From IMG/VR virus record IMGVR_UViG_3300006148_000272: a stretch of DNA of 64,000 bases, one strand, 5' to 3'. This document shows positions 36,752-47,749 of the stretch, one piece after another. Made by a program: the position numbers and the translations under genes. This stretch comes from an uncultured virus (IMG/VR IMGVR_UViG_3300006148_000272). Taxonomy: Duplodnaviria; Heunggongvirae; Uroviricota; Caudoviricetes. The notes beneath the pieces are model-generated. The model was not told where the DNA came from. It searched no databases and worked only from the letters and a program-made list of their open reading frames with translations. How positions within the stretch are numbered: position 1 is the stretch's first letter; each line of letters begins with the position of its first letter.

Positions 36752-39700
36752 TGCGTATCAACAGCTAAAAACTCAAGGGGGCGGTCCCCGGAAACCCGGA
36801 TGCCAAACCGCACATCCCGCCTCCACATGGCGGACGGAAGCACCTCATGCCATCCCCGTTCCATCGTCCTGGTCTTGCTCAACCGGTCCCAGGCGCTCCC
36901 GTCATTGGACACCTCAATACCGGCCGGGGCCGTATCGGAAGCAAAAAACACGCGCACGGCCGCGGCCTGTCTATCCCTGCCCAGGGACTCCGCCACATCC
37001 AGCGCATTCGTCACCACCGTGGACGTAAAATCCCACGCGCCGGCATCCACAAACGGGCCGTCCGGATCAAACACCTCCACAAACCGCCCATCCTCACGCT
37101 CCACGGACACAAACAGCAAATCCTCCCCGGTCCCATTGGGCAGCACCACGGCGTTGGACATCCGCCCCTCCGTCCTGTGACGGTGCCAGGCATGCACCTG
37201 GTGCATGCTATTATAAGTCATCAGCGCCAGCGTGCCGTCCGCCAGGGTCATCACCGCCCGCGGGTGGGGCTTCCTCATAAAATCCCCGGAAGTAACCCCG
37301 CCGCCGCCGGCCAGCACATGATCGGCGAACACCGTCAAATCGCGGGACACAAACCCGTCGCTCTCATAATCATACCCGTACTGATACACCCGTCCGCCGC
37401 CCCTCTCCACATACAGCACCTTATCGGTCGCCATCAGGGCCGGCACATCGGAAGACCCCACAAACCCGTGGCTGTCCGCCCGCGCGTTGGCGTAAGTCAT
37501 CACCCCCTGGCCCCCGGACACCGTCCACTCCGCGTCCGCCGTCCCCAGCAGCAGCTGGGAACTCTGCGCCATCAGCCAGCAAATCCTGTTCTGCGTTGTG
37601 GTGCTCAACGTCAAAGCCAGCGCGGAATCATCCTGCTTCCCCACCTCGAAACTGTTGAGGTCATCCGTCTTGCTCAACCACACCGTCTGCGGCTGGGCCT
37701 GCGTAGCGGCCAACACCAGGCGCTGCTGAAACACATCCACCAGGGAAGGAAACCCGTACACCCCCCGGAACGCCGCGAAACTCCACATCAACGACTCCCC
37801 GGACGGAGGAACCCCCTCCGGAACCGCGGAAACATTATCCCAAAGAGAATACTCCGCGGAAGCCGTCACCTCGGCAGCCTCCGCCTCCATCCACGCCGTG
37901 CAGGCCGGCACCTCCACCCGCACCCGGGAACGCAACTTCACATTACTCTCCGTCCATGCCTGTACGCTAATCAAAAACAAACCATCCTCCGGCACCGTGT
38001 AAGACGCCTCCTCCATCGCGCTGAACACCTCCGCATACCTGCCGCCGGACATCCCCTTGATCGTGGAAGGCAGCACAATCTCCATCCCCGACTGGACAGA
38101 CCTCCATCCCTGCAGCGTCACCACCGTACCCGCCGTTAAAAAACGGCTCATGAAAATGCTGGCCGCATTCCCGTTCCCGCTCTTATTGACGGACTCCGCC
38201 GCCTGCGTCCACTCCAGGCGCACCATGCTCCCGGCGCCCACATCATCCGTCGTCAGCCCCCTGGGCCTCACCGTCAGCGTCCGCCCCTCTCTGGACAACG
38301 GACACTCCCCGGAAAAACGCTCCCCGTCAACCACCAGGGCATTCACTGCGGGCAACCCGGCATACACGCAATAATCATACGCATCGCCCTCCAAAGGCAG
38401 CGTCAACTTCAACACGTCGCTGGTGGACAACCCCGCCGCGGACATCTCCTCCCGGACTTCCGGCTTCACCACCCCGGAAGCCACCCCGGAAAACTCCGCC
38501 TGACACTCGGCAGCCTCCAGCGTACTGCCCTTATCATGAACAACCTTAACCGTATAAAACCCGCTGGCCGGCGCGGTATACACATCCGCACTGCTCTTCC
38601 AAACCGTCGTAAACTGCGCATCCCCGGCGGACCAGGCCGTCAACCGAACCACCGCGCCCTCACCCATTCCGGTCAGGGCGTTCCCCGTCACATTCACGTC
38701 AAACCTCGCCCCGGCTGGCCAAAAATCCGTCCTCATCCCGCGGGCGTCCAGCGTCACGGCCCCGGATTTGCGCGGCTCCGTCCAGGCAAACCGGACCGTC
38801 TTCCCGTCCTCCAGCGCATCCGCGGGCAGCCCCCTGGGCGTCACGTCAACACCGTCGGGCCCCAGCGTCAGCACGGCGGACGCCCCCGGAACCTCCACCT
38901 CATCCACCCACACGCGGCTTGCCCGGATGGAAGACGCCGTACAGGTCAGGAAATGCCGCAACGCCGGCGTGGCGGGAACCGAAAACCGCTGTATGGAAGC
39001 AGGCCGGGAGCCGGAACGCAGCCGCAGCACCACATCCTTCTTATAAGCATCCACCACCAGCTTATTCCCGCAGCTGTCCGGAGGAAACCCCTGGCTGGGA
39101 TCGGAACCGCTGGAAAGCCGGGACTCATACAACATCAGGCGCAGGTAGCACTCCTCTTCGCTCTCGTCCCCGGTAATCTGCAAATTGGAAGCCGAGCCAA
39201 CCATGGAAGTGGACGTCCCCAGCAGCTGCCAATCCTCATCGGGAAAACGCCGCTCCACGGCATACGTGCCGTACCACTCCTTACTGCACCAAAACTTCCA
39301 TGTCCCCTTGCAGGTAATCGTATTGGAATGGCAAATCACGCCCTTATGAAAATGCTCCGGATAATCCGCCGGAGACGTCAGGCCGTCCACAAAATCCGCC
39401 GCCCCGTTAAAATCCCTGTCGCACGTCCACCAGGACCAATAACTCCCCTCATTGAGGCAGAGCTTTTTCCCAGCCGTGAAAGCGCTGGCCGCCGTAAACG
39501 CCCCGGCAACCACCCAGCCCTGGCGAATCACGGCCCCCGTGCTGAACCCGGTCTGCTGGGGCACCGTCACCTGGACGCGCATCACATCCCCCTCATTCAC
39601 CGCCGCGTCCGCATCGGACGCATGCTCCCCGAAAGACACCCTGTAACACCCCTCATCCAGCGTCAGGCGCACCGGAAAATCCCGGAACTCCTCATACCGC

Positions 39701-40137
39701 CAGGGGCGGGCCTTAAACTCATAGGGCGCCAGGGAAAACATGCCCTCGTCATCCCGTCTCAGCACCATCAGCTCATGCGTAGGGCAGGCCAGAAACAACA
39801 TGCTGTTCACCTGCTTGTGGCGCAGGGCGGCAACGTCAGCCGCCGTCCACACGGAAGGCAGGGAGGCAACCACATCCCCCTCAACGGACAACACGCGCAG
39901 CAGAGAAGGAGCCACCTCCACAAGAAAACGGTCATTGGTGGAATAAACATAGGGAAGAAGAAGGGAACCCTCCAAAGCGGCGGCCACCCTCCTCATCCCG
40001 TGCCGCCGGGAAACTCCCCCCGTTTGGGAAACATCCACATTCTCCAGCACGGACGCCCCGCGATGATAAACATCCAGATCCGGACGCGCGGCAATCCCGG
40101 GCGAAAGCTCGCCTCCATTAAAGGAAATCCTCTTCAT
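36748..40137 (-). CDS. Tail tubular protein B / nozzle with a large central insertion
   Basis: SFNGGELSP N-terminus, FQQRLVLA and HAWHRH motifs; probable start MKRISF at 40137. Confidence 0.8.
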   Translation of the reverse strand: MKRISFNGGELSPGIAARPDLDVYHRGASVLENVDVSQTGGVSRRHGMRRVAAALEGSLLLPYVYSTNDRFLVEVAPSLLRVLSVEGDVVASLPSVWTAADVAALRHKQVNSMLFLACPTHELMVLRRDDEGMFSLAPYEFKARPWRYEEFRDFPVRLTLDEGCYRVSFGEHASDADAAVNEGDVMRVQVTVPQQTGFSTGAVIRQGWVVAGAFTAASAFTAGKKLCLNEGSYWSWWTCDRDFNGAADFVDGLTSPADYPEHFHKGVICHSNTITCKGTWKFWCSKEWYGTYAVERRFPDEDWQLLGTSTSMVGSASNLQITGDESEEECYLRLMLYESRLSSGSDPSQGFPPDSCGNKLVVDAYKKDVVLRLRSGSRPASIQRFSVPATPALRHFLTCTASSIRASRVWVDEVEVPGASAVLTLGPDGVDVTPRGLPADALEDGKTVRFAWTEPRKSGAVTLDARGMRTDFWPAGARFDVNVTGNALTGMGEGAVVRLTAWSAGDAQFTTVWKSSADVYTAPASGFYTVKVVHDKGSTLEAAECQAEFSGVASGVVKPEVREEMSAAGLSTSDVLKLTLPLEGDAYDYCVYAGLPAVNALVVDGERFSGECPLSREGRTLTVRPRGLTTDDVGAGSMVRLEWTQAAESVNKSGNGNAASIFMSRFLTAGTVVTLQGWRSVQSGMEIVLPSTIKGMSGGRYAEVFSAMEEASYTVPEDGLFLISVQAWTESNVKLRSRVRVEVPACTAWMEAEAAEVTASAEYSLWDNVSAVPEGVPPSGESLMWSFAAFRGVYGFPSLVDVFQQRLVLAATQAQPQTVWLSKTDDLNSFEVGKQDDSALALTLSTTTQNRICWLMAQSSQLLLGTADAEWTVSGGQGVMTYANARADSHGFVGSSDVPALMATDKVLYVERGGGRVYQYGYDYESDGFVSRDLTVFADHVLAGGGGVTSGDFMRKPHPRAVMTLADGTLALMTYNSMHQVHAWHRHRTEGRMSNAVVLPNGTGEDLLFVSVEREDGRFVEVFDPDGPFVDAGAWDFTSTVVTNALDVAESLGRDRQAAAVRVFFASDTAPAGIEVSNDGSAWDRLSKTRTMERGWHEVLPSAMWRRDVRFGIRVSGDRPLEFLAVDTQ

Positions 40138-40172
40138 TTCCCCTGAACATAACCCAGGGCGTTCAACCGGGG

Positions 40173-40190
40173 CAAGTTGGCGAAAATCAA
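40173..40190 (-). promoter_or_regulatory. Late-promoter box, copy 4
   Basis: CAAGTTGGCGAAAATCAA, 36 bp from the ATG at 40137. Confidence 0.75.
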
Positions 40191-40210
40191 CGTTTCTTCT
40201 CCGGAACAGC

Positions 40211-40241
40211 AAAAAGGGCCGCCTCCATGCAGAGACGGCCC
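40211..40241 (-). terminator. Rho-independent terminator after the capsid operon
   Basis: On the minus strand GGGCCGTCTC-TGCATG-GAGGCGGCCC-TTTTT. Confidence 0.75.
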
Positions 40242-40266
40242 TATGGACAAACCGACGGAAAAAAAA

Positions 40267-40722
40267 CTACTGAATACCGTAAGCAATAGCAAAAACAAGC
40301 TTCTTGCCGGCGGTCACCGCCGGTGTTCCGCCCACCTTCGCGTAAACCATCGTCACAGCATCCACCGGCCCCGTGGAAACCGCCTGGGAACCCTTCGTCA
40401 ACTGATAAGTCCCGGCGGCGGTCACGGTCAGGGAGGCGGAAAAAGCATCCGCCGCCTCCTTCGTTCCCACGGTCAGCTGCAGCGTCCCCACGCCTTCGGA
40501 AACGACATGGGAAAGCTGCGGCAGCACGCGGGCTCCACAGGGAACATTGCAAATGGCGATCAGGTCATCGGCCGCCAGGGACGCGGGCATGATGAACTCC
40601 GCCGTAGCCACATGGACCCCGGCGCCGGTATGGATGGCCGCCAGCTGCGGCACCGTCGGCAGGCCGGTCCGATCCGCAAGGGCAAGCTGTTTCTCTGCAA
40701 TAACTGTTTGATACGTTGCCAT
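40267..40722 (-). CDS. Putative capsid decoration/cement protein
   Basis: Beta-rich 151 aa protein directly after the capsid gene; probable start 40722. Confidence 0.6.
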   Translation of the reverse strand: MATYQTVIAEKQLALADRTGLPTVPQLAAIHTGAGVHVATAEFIMPASLAADDLIAICNVPCGARVLPQLSHVVSEGVGTLQLTVGTKEAADAFSASLTVTAAGTYQLTKGSQAVSTGPVDAVTMVYAKVGGTPAVTAGKKLVFAIAYGIQ

Positions 40723-40754
40723 AATCAATAAAATAAAATGTGTTGTTATCCTAA

Positions 40755-41723
40755 TTAAGAAAGCTGCTTGCACTTAATCTGCACAAACGCCTCTTCGCGC
40801 ATGCGGGTGGCTCCCATAATCGTCTTAAGGCCGATCTGGATCGTGTCCTCCTTATCGGAGCGCTTCTCCACCGTCACCTTATTCTGCTTCCAAGAACCGA
40901 AATACAGGGAATTCTTCATCCACATCGGGCAAATGATATCCCCGTCCTCGTCAAGCGGCAAATTGGGAGCAATGATAAACTGAATCCCCATAATCGGATC
41001 CAGGGCGCCGTTGCTCTTGCGCAGGGAGGAAAAACCGAAATCCGCCTTCTGCAGACGCTCGTCATTAATCAGGGCCTCGCGCATGCGGGGAGTAATCGCG
41101 CAGCACACCTGGTCGCCGTAGGCATTGGAAGCATCATCCAGAATCCCGTTCTCCTGCAGCAGCGTAATACCACGGTTCAGCTTCTCAATCGTCAGCGGGC
41201 AATCCTTAGCCGTGCCGCCGGTATAATCGACTGCCACCACATTAGCCTCCAGCAATTCCAGCTGTTCCATGCCGTCATTGCCGGCAAACGCCGTCCCGAA
41301 AATGCCGCCCTTGGACGGCACATATACCCCTCCCTGCTTCTTCAGGCCGAACAAAACATCGTCCATCTTGCGGGCAGCCGCGTACTTCAGCGCGTTAATC
41401 GTCTGCGTCACGGGAGCGTCCAGGCCGTGCAGGAAAATATCGTCATCCTCATCATAGCCCAAATGCTTCGAAAAACTAACCGGCAGCATCCGGCGCTTGA
41501 AATAATCAAGCTCGTCCAACACAATATCCTGCATCCGGCCCTGCTTCTCATTCAGCTCCGTAGTACCGACAAAACTGAACTCCTGGAGCTTGCCCGTCAA
41601 ACCGGACTTGATCACGCAGAAACGTTCCAGGCGGGACGTAGCCTGCTGAACCTGCTCCTGCCACTGGTTATCGTAAGTCTCCTGATAAAGATCGGAGATG
41701 GGTAAAGTGTAATTACTTGGCAT
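40755..41723 (-). CDS. Major capsid protein
   Basis: QVQQATSRL...AAARKMDD...MGATRMREEAFVQI pattern of podophage capsids; probable start 41723. Confidence 0.82.
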   Translation of the reverse strand: MPSNYTLPISDLYQETYDNQWQEQVQQATSRLERFCVIKSGLTGKLQEFSFVGTTELNEKQGRMQDIVLDELDYFKRRMLPVSFSKHLGYDEDDDIFLHGLDAPVTQTINALKYAAARKMDDVLFGLKKQGGVYVPSKGGIFGTAFAGNDGMEQLELLEANVVAVDYTGGTAKDCPLTIEKLNRGITLLQENGILDDASNAYGDQVCCAITPRMREALINDERLQKADFGFSSLRKSNGALDPIMGIQFIIAPNLPLDEDGDIICPMWMKNSLYFGSWKQNKVTVEKRSDKEDTIQIGLKTIMGATRMREEAFVQIKCKQLS

Positions 41724-41755
41724 GCTTCCATCAGGGGACAGAAACCGCACATTTG

Positions 41756-41773
41756 CAAGTTGCCGAGTGTCAA
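41756..41773 (-). promoter_or_regulatory. Late-promoter box, copy 5 (capsid)
   Basis: CAAGTTGCCGAGTGTCAA, 33 bp from the ATG at 41723. Confidence 0.7.
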
Positions 41774-41874
41774 TTCAGTTGCAGAATCTCCAATTCGGCA
41801 TCTTGTCTCTGTCATACAGACGTTACAGAAGTGTTACAAATTGAAGCAAATTATTTATAGAAATAAACTTAACA

Positions 41875-41890
41875 CCCACTCTCTCCGCCA
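41875..41890 (+). other. attR of prophage 1: duplicated tRNA(-Ser-like) 3' end
   Basis: CCCACTCTCTCCGCCA ending in CCA; GTTACA arm-like repeats at 41822 and 41833; sits at the phage/host boundary. Confidence 0.7.
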
Positions 41891-42014
41891 AACTTCTTTG
41901 ATGCCGGACGCAAGCCATGCCTGTTTTCGCTGAACAGAAAAAGGCAGGCGAATACGACGGCCGCCCCGGCATTCCCGGAACGGCCCTGAGTGCCTTATTG
42001 ATCCTTCCTCCTGC

Positions 42015-45000
42015 CTAAGACTCCCCATTCAGTTCCCGGCGGATGTATTCCGCTGTGGGGGATTCTTTCCTGGCTATCTGTTCCGGCGTGCCTTCCGCCA
42101 CGATGGTTCCTCCGGCATCGCCGGGGCCGGGGCCCATGTCGATGACGTAGTCCGCCTCCGCCATGATTTCCGTGTTATGTTCAATGACGATGACGGTGTT
42201 CCCCTGGTCCGCCAGACGGTGCAGCACGTCAATGAGCAGCCGCACATCCCGCGGATGCAGGCCGATGGAGGGTTCTTCAATCAGGTACAGGTCTCCGGGC
42301 AGCTCCCTGCCTTTCATCAGGGCGTTCCGGCTGACGCGCCGGCCCTTGATGAGTTCCGTCACCAGCTTGAGCCGCTGGGCCTCCCCGCCGGAAAGCGTGT
42401 TGGAGGCCTGCCCCAGCGTCAGATAGCCCAGGCCGGTTTCCGACAGCAGTTTAAGCGGGTCCGAGATGCGGGGCTGGCTTTCAAAAAATTCCGCCGCTTC
42501 CGCAAAGTCCATCTGAAGCACGTCCGCAATGGTCTTCCCCTTGTACCTTACGGTCAGGGTTGCGGCGTTGTAGCGCTTGCCCCGGCAGGTCTCGCACGGC
42601 ACATAGCAGGGAGGAAGAAAGTCCATTTCCAGCTTTTGCATGCCCGTGCCCTTGCAGGATTCACAGTTGCCCTGCCCCGTATTGAAGGAGAAGCGGCCGC
42701 GGTCAAAGCCCAGTCTGCGGGCATCCGCCGTCTGCGCGAACAGGGTCCGGATGTCGTCCAGGAAACCCACATAGGTGGCCGGGGTGGAACGGGGCGTTTT
42801 GCCGATGGGGCTCTGGTCCACGCCGTACACCATGCGGATGGAGTCAAAGCCGGAAGAGGTTTTCCATAATTTTCTCTGGTCCCTCGTGAGCTTGTCGCCG
42901 ATGGCCTGGCGCGCAGCCAGACGGATGGTTCCCGTCATCAGGGAGGTTTTCCCTGCGCCGGACACGCCGGTAAGCACCGTCAGCCGCCCCTTGGGAATGG
43001 CCGCGTTCACGTCCTTCAGGTTGTGCAGGCGGCAGCCCTCCACGCGCAGCCACGCGGATTCATCCTTTTTGGAAGGAATCCTGCGCCTTTTCCCGCGGTA
43101 GGGGTGCCTGGGCTTATGGTGCAGGGCCGCGCCCGTGACGGAGTCCGGCATGGCGGCCAGTTCTTCAAAGGTGCCCTGGGCCATGATTCTGCCGCCATGA
43201 ATGCCGGCTCCCGGCCCCATGTCCACAATATGGTCCGCGCGCCTCATGGTATCTTCATCATGTTCCACCACCAACAGGGTGTTGCCCCGGCGTTTGAGTT
43301 CATCCAGCGTGCCCAGCAGCAATTCGTTGTCCCGCGGATGCAGGCCGATGGTCGGTTCATCCAGCACGTACAGCACGCCGCGGAGATGGGAGCCCAGCTG
43401 GGAAGCCAGGCGGATGCGCTGGGTTTCCCCGCCGGAGAGCGTCGTGGCGCTCCGGTCCAGGGAGAGGTAGCCCAGCCCCACCCGCTGGAGAAAGTCGAGG
43501 CGCTGCGTGATTTCCGCCACGACGTCACGGGCAATGAGCGCTTCCTCCCGCTCAAATTGCCACCCTTTGACCAGTTCCGCGGCGGCCACGGCAGGCAGGG
43601 AGGCAATGTCACCGGGAGTCACGCCCTGAAGCCGCACGGAACGGGCAAATTCATTCAACCGCACGCCCCGGCAGGCAGGGCAGGTTGTTATTCCCTTGTC
43701 ATCGTCCGCTCGCCGCGCCAGTTCCTTGTCATATTTCAATTCGGCCTCCAGCAGGGATTGCGCCAGGTCTTCCTTTACTTTCCCCTTGCCGACGATTCCA
43801 TGCCCGCGGCATACGGGGCACCACCCGCGCGGAGAGTTGAAGGAGAACGTGTACGGTTCCAGTTCCGGGAAGGATTGCCCGCAGGAGGCGCATGCCAGCC
43901 TGGTGCCCATCAGTTCCGGACGGCCGGAACCGGGCGGGAGAACTTGCAGGAACCCTTCCCCCATCTCCAGCGCGGCATGAACCGCCCCGGCAAGCTTTTC
44001 CAGCGGCCAGGAGGCCTCCGGACGTGCAACGACCAGGTCCAGGTCATGGCTGGAATAGCGGTCCAGCGGCTGGAATCCGCTCAGGGGCACCAGTTTGCCG
44101 TCCACCCACATTTCTTCATATCCCTTTCCTTCCGCCCAGCGGGCCAGGTCGGCGTAATGCCCCTTGCGTCCCCTGACGAGGGGGGCCAGCAACGCGAGCC
44201 CGCCATGTTTTTTCAGCTCCCTAGCCACCAGCTCCACCACTTCCGATTCCGACCTTTTGCCCACCGGAACGCCGCACTGCGGGCAGTAGGCCTGCCCCAG
44301 TTTGGCATACAGCAGACGCATGAATTGCCAGATTTCCGTGACGGTTCCCACGGTGGATTTGGTGCCTCCGCGGGACATGTTCTGTTCAATAGCCACCGTG
44401 GGGGGCAATCCGGTCAGGCGGTCAATGTCCGGACTTTCCAGCTGTTCCGTGAATTGCCGGGCGTACGGGGACATGACGTCCATGAAACGCCGCTGCCCTT
44501 CCGCGAAAAAGATATCAAAGGCCAGGGAGCTCTTCCCGGAGCCGGAAAGCCCGGTCAGCACGGTCATTTCTCCGCGCGGCACGTCCAGGTCCACGTTTTT
44601 CAGGTTGTGGTGGCGCGCTCCCCGCAGGGCCATCACGCCTTCCGGTATATCCATGTCCGCGGATTCCGGGACGGCGGCGTCCGCAGGGTCGTAAACGGAA
44701 GGGTTGCCTTCCAGCACCTCCCTGAGGTATTTGCCCGTATATCCCTTCCCGGCGGCTACGATTTCCTCCGGCGTGCCCGTGGCCACCACATGGCCGCCTC
44801 CGGCGCCGCCCTCCGGCCCCAGGTCAATCACGTAGTCCGCGGATTTGATGAACTCCGGGTTGTGTTCAATGACCAGCAGGGTATGCCCCTGCTCCACCAG
44901 TTCCCGGAACACGGCCAGCAGAACTTCAATGTCCGCAAAGTGAAGACCCGTTCCCGGCTCGTCCAGAATCAGCATCTTGGGGCTGTTCGCGCCGGAACCT

Positions 45001-47537
45001 ATCTGGTCCAGCAGGATTTTAGCCAGCTTCAGGCGCTGGTTTTCCCCGCCGGAAAGGGTATTCAGAGGCTGCCCCAGGGTCAGGTGCCCCAGCCCTACGC
45101 GCTGAAGCACGCCCAGCTTGGAAGCGATGCGGGAGGCTTTGGCCCCTTTTTCCGCGCTGAAGCATTCCAGCGCAGCCGCTACCGTCATGCCGAGCACGTC
45201 CGCAATATTCCTGCCGTCACGGTACACGCTCAGCACTTCGCTCCCGTACCGGGAGCCGCGGCACAGCGGACACTGCACGAAAATGTCGGAAAGAAACTGC
45301 ATTTCCACCTTCTCACTCCCCATGCCCATGCAGCGCGGACACCGGCCGTCCCCGCTGTTGAAGGAGAAGAAACCGGGCTTCATGCCGCGCGCGAGGGCCG
45401 TCTCCGTTTCCGCGAAGAGGGAGCGTATTTCTTCAAAAACTCCGGCATAAACGGCAGGAGTGGAGCGCGGGGTGCGGACAATGGGGCTCTGGTCCACCAT
45501 CACCACTTCATCCAGATGTTCCCAACCCTTGATGGATTTGACGCGGGCGGGTTCTTCCTCACATACGGCTCCTTTCTCCACCAGCGCGTTCAGGTAAAGA
45601 ACATCGTGGGCCAGGGTGCTTTTCCCGGACCCGCTGACGCCTGTCAGGCAAGTGAAGACGCCCAGGGGCACTTTCACGTCCAGTTTGCGCAGGTTATGGC
45701 GCGTGGCGCCGGATACGGTCAGAAACCGGCGCGGCTTGCGCCTCTTTTCGGGCACCGCGATGCGTCGTCTGCCGGAAAGAAAAGCCCCCGTCAGGGATTC
45801 CGCAATTTCTCCAATCCGGGCAGGCTCCCCGGAATAAACCAGCCTTCCCCCTTCCCGTCCGGAACCGGGGCCCATGTCCACCAGGCAGTCCGCGGCACGC
45901 ATGACCGCTTCCTCATGCTCCACCACCACCAGGGTGTTCCCGCGCTTTTTAAGCCGGTTCATGGCGGAAATCAAACGGGACGTATCGCGGGGATGGAGCC
46001 CAACGGTAGGTTCATCCAGCACAAACAGCGTATCCGTCAGGGATGCGCCCAGGCAGGTCGTCAGGCTCACGCGTTCAATTTCCCCGCCGGACAGGGACCG
46101 CGTGGAGCGGTCGGACGTCAGGTAGCCCAATCCCACTTCATTCAGATATTCCAGGCGGCTCCTGAGTTCCGCCACGGCATGTTTCAAGCCGGGGTCTTCA
46201 TCCGCCCGCGGCGTCACGTACCTATCCACCCAGGCCAGCAGTTCATCCATGGGCATGCCGGAAAGTTCCGGCATGCTTTTGCCGCCCACCTTGAATTGAA
46301 GGGCTTCCGGCCTCAGGCGCAAACCGTGGCAGGAGGGGCATTCCTGATACGTGCGGAAACGGCTCAGGTACACCCGCACGTGCATCTTATGCGTGCGGCT
46401 TTCCAGATATTTGAAAAAGCCCGCAATGCCGTACCACAACCCCTGTTCATACATCTCATCCGGGTCATCGCCGTCGCCGTACAGCAGCCAGTCCCGCTCC
46501 CATTGCTTCAAATCCTTCCACGGCACATCCAGACGGACTTTGCGGGCGTTTTTGCGCCAGCCGCGCATCAGGTCCCGCTTGCATTCGGAAAAGACTTTCC
46601 CGTCCCCCTCAAAAATATGGATGGCCCCGTCATGAACGCTGAGTTCCGGCTTGATGCACCGGTTGTAGTCAATCGTGATAACGCGCCCGTAGCCGCGGCA
46701 TTCCGGGCACGCCCCCAGCGGGGAATTAAAAGAAAACAGGCCCGGCCGCGGTTCCATCAGCGGATGCCAGTCCCCGCGGAATTTCAAAGCGGACAACCAG
46801 ACGCCGTCCACACGGGGAATCACATGGGCCACGCCGCCGCCCAGGCGCATGGCCGTCTCCAGAGCCTCCAGCCTGCGTTCCCTCTGGTCTTCCGACAGCC
46901 TCACGCGGTCCTGAACCACCAGCAGCGGTTCTCCTTCCTCCAGCGTCCAATCCTCATCCTCCAGCCGGAGGATCTCTCCATGCGCAAAAGCGCGCAAATA
47001 CCCCTGTGCCACCAGATTCCTTTTCAACGTGGGAAGATCCACGGATTCGGGCCGCGCCACCTCCAGGCAAACCATCACTTCCGTTCCGGCGGGGAATTCC
47101 GCATGCAGTTTTTCATCAATGGTGCCCGGCGTTTCCGGCTTGATTTCCCGTCCTGTTTCCGGGTCAATGCCCACGGCCAGACGGGCGAAAACAAACTTCC
47201 AGTAATCATTCAGCCCCGTCATGGTCCCCACCGTGGAGCGGGATGTCCTGACGGAGTTGCGCTGATGCAGGGCGATGGCCGGAAGAATATTCTCTACGGC
47301 GTCCACGTCCGGCTTGTCCATGCGGTCCATGAACTGGCGCACGTACGGGGAAAAGGTTTCCATATAACGCCGCTGGCCTTCCGCGTACAGCGTGTGCATG
47401 GCCAGACTTGTTTTCCCTGAGCCGGAAGGTCCCGTCACCACCGTCAGCCGTCCCAGGGGAATATCCACATCCACATTCTGCAAATTATGCTCACGGGCGC
47501 CGCGGATACGGATGCGCCCCTCCTCGCAATGACTCAT
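42015..47537 (-). CDS. uvrA: Excinuclease ABC subunit A, double-length form
   Basis: Four Walker A motifs ([32 protein letters not shown]), LSGGE signatures and zinc fingers. Confidence 0.96.
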   Translation of the reverse strand: MSHCEEGRIRIRGAREHNLQNVDVDIPLGRLTVVTGPSGSGKTSLAMHTLYAEGQRRYMETFSPYVRQFMDRMDKPDVDAVENILPAIALHQRNSVRTSRSTVGTMTGLNDYWKFVFARLAVGIDPETGREIKPETPGTIDEKLHAEFPAGTEVMVCLEVARPESVDLPTLKRNLVAQGYLRAFAHGEILRLEDEDWTLEEGEPLLVVQDRVRLSEDQRERRLEALETAMRLGGGVAHVIPRVDGVWLSALKFRGDWHPLMEPRPGLFSFNSPLGACPECRGYGRVITIDYNRCIKPELSVHDGAIHIFEGDGKVFSECKRDLMRGWRKNARKVRLDVPWKDLKQWERDWLLYGDGDDPDEMYEQGLWYGIAGFFKYLESRTHKMHVRVYLSRFRTYQECPSCHGLRLRPEALQFKVGGKSMPELSGMPMDELLAWVDRYVTPRADEDPGLKHAVAELRSRLEYLNEVGLGYLTSDRSTRSLSGGEIERVSLTTCLGASLTDTLFVLDEPTVGLHPRDTSRLISAMNRLKKRGNTLVVVEHEEAVMRAADCLVDMGPGSGREGGRLVYSGEPARIGEIAESLTGAFLSGRRRIAVPEKRRKPRRFLTVSGATRHNLRKLDVKVPLGVFTCLTGVSGSGKSTLAHDVLYLNALVEKGAVCEEEPARVKSIKGWEHLDEVVMVDQSPIVRTPRSTPAVYAGVFEEIRSLFAETETALARGMKPGFFSFNSGDGRCPRCMGMGSEKVEMQFLSDIFVQCPLCRGSRYGSEVLSVYRDGRNIADVLGMTVAAALECFSAEKGAKASRIASKLGVLQRVGLGHLTLGQPLNTLSGGENQRLKLAKILLDQIGSGANSPKMLILDEPGTGLHFADIEVLLAVFRELVEQGHTLLVIEHNPEFIKSADYVIDLGPEGGAGGGHVVATGTPEEIVAAGKGYTGKYLREVLEGNPSVYDPADAAVPESADMDIPEGVMALRGARHHNLKNVDLDVPRGEMTVLTGLSGSGKSSLAFDIFFAEGQRRFMDVMSPYARQFTEQLESPDIDRLTGLPPTVAIEQNMSRGGTKSTVGTVTEIWQFMRLLYAKLGQAYCPQCGVPVGKRSESEVVELVARELKKHGGLALLAPLVRGRKGHYADLARWAEGKGYEEMWVDGKLVPLSGFQPLDRYSSHDLDLVVARPEASWPLEKLAGAVHAALEMGEGFLQVLPPGSGRPELMGTRLACASCGQSFPELEPYTFSFNSPRGWCPVCRGHGIVGKGKVKEDLAQSLLEAELKYDKELARRADDDKGITTCPACRGVRLNEFARSVRLQGVTPGDIASLPAVAAAELVKGWQFEREEALIARDVVAEITQRLDFLQRVGLGYLSLDRSATTLSGGETQRIRLASQLGSHLRGVLYVLDEPTIGLHPRDNELLLGTLDELKRRGNTLLVVEHDEDTMRRADHIVDMGPGAGIHGGRIMAQGTFEELAAMPDSVTGAALHHKPRHPYRGKRRRIPSKKDESAWLRVEGCRLHNLKDVNAAIPKGRLTVLTGVSGAGKTSLMTGTIRLAARQAIGDKLTRDQRKLWKTSSGFDSIRMVYGVDQSPIGKTPRSTPATYVGFLDDIRTLFAQTADARRLGFDRGRFSFNTGQGNCESCKGTGMQKLEMDFLPPCYVPCETCRGKRYNAATLTVRYKGKTIADVLQMDFAEAAEFFESQPRISDPLKLLSETGLGYLTLGQASNTLSGGEAQRLKLVTELIKGRRVSRNALMKGRELPGDLYLIEEPSIGLHPRDVRLLIDVLHRLADQGNTVIVIEHNTEIMAEADYVIDMGPGPGDAGGTIVAEGTPEQIARKESPTAEYIRRELNGES

Positions 47538-47749
47538 GGAGAAAGAATATTATTAATTTGGAATCATTCCAAGAGAAGCGCCTGTCATGAATCCGGGTTT
47601 CCAGCGGCGTCCGGCCAGGTCCAGCCTATTACGTCATCATCGGCACAAATGGAGGGCCGTGCTTGCATTTCTCCCGGCAGCCGCTAGTATTTTTCGATTC
47701 TTAGACCGCTGAAAGCGACTCTACCTCGTCAATTTTCAACAAGACAAAG

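Larger units (their letters stand above)
1..41890. mobile_element. Prophage 1: temperate podovirus-like phage, ~42 kb (left att lies outside the window)
   Basis: Integrase at the left end, tRNA-like att copy at 41875-41890, a full set of head, tail, lysis, replication and immunity genes in between, and host uvrA immediately after. Confidence 0.93.

Noticed and set aside
34964..40146. + strand ORFs of 738, 430 and 536 aa
   Set aside because: They lie antisense to terL and the tail nozzle gene, which carry clear motifs.
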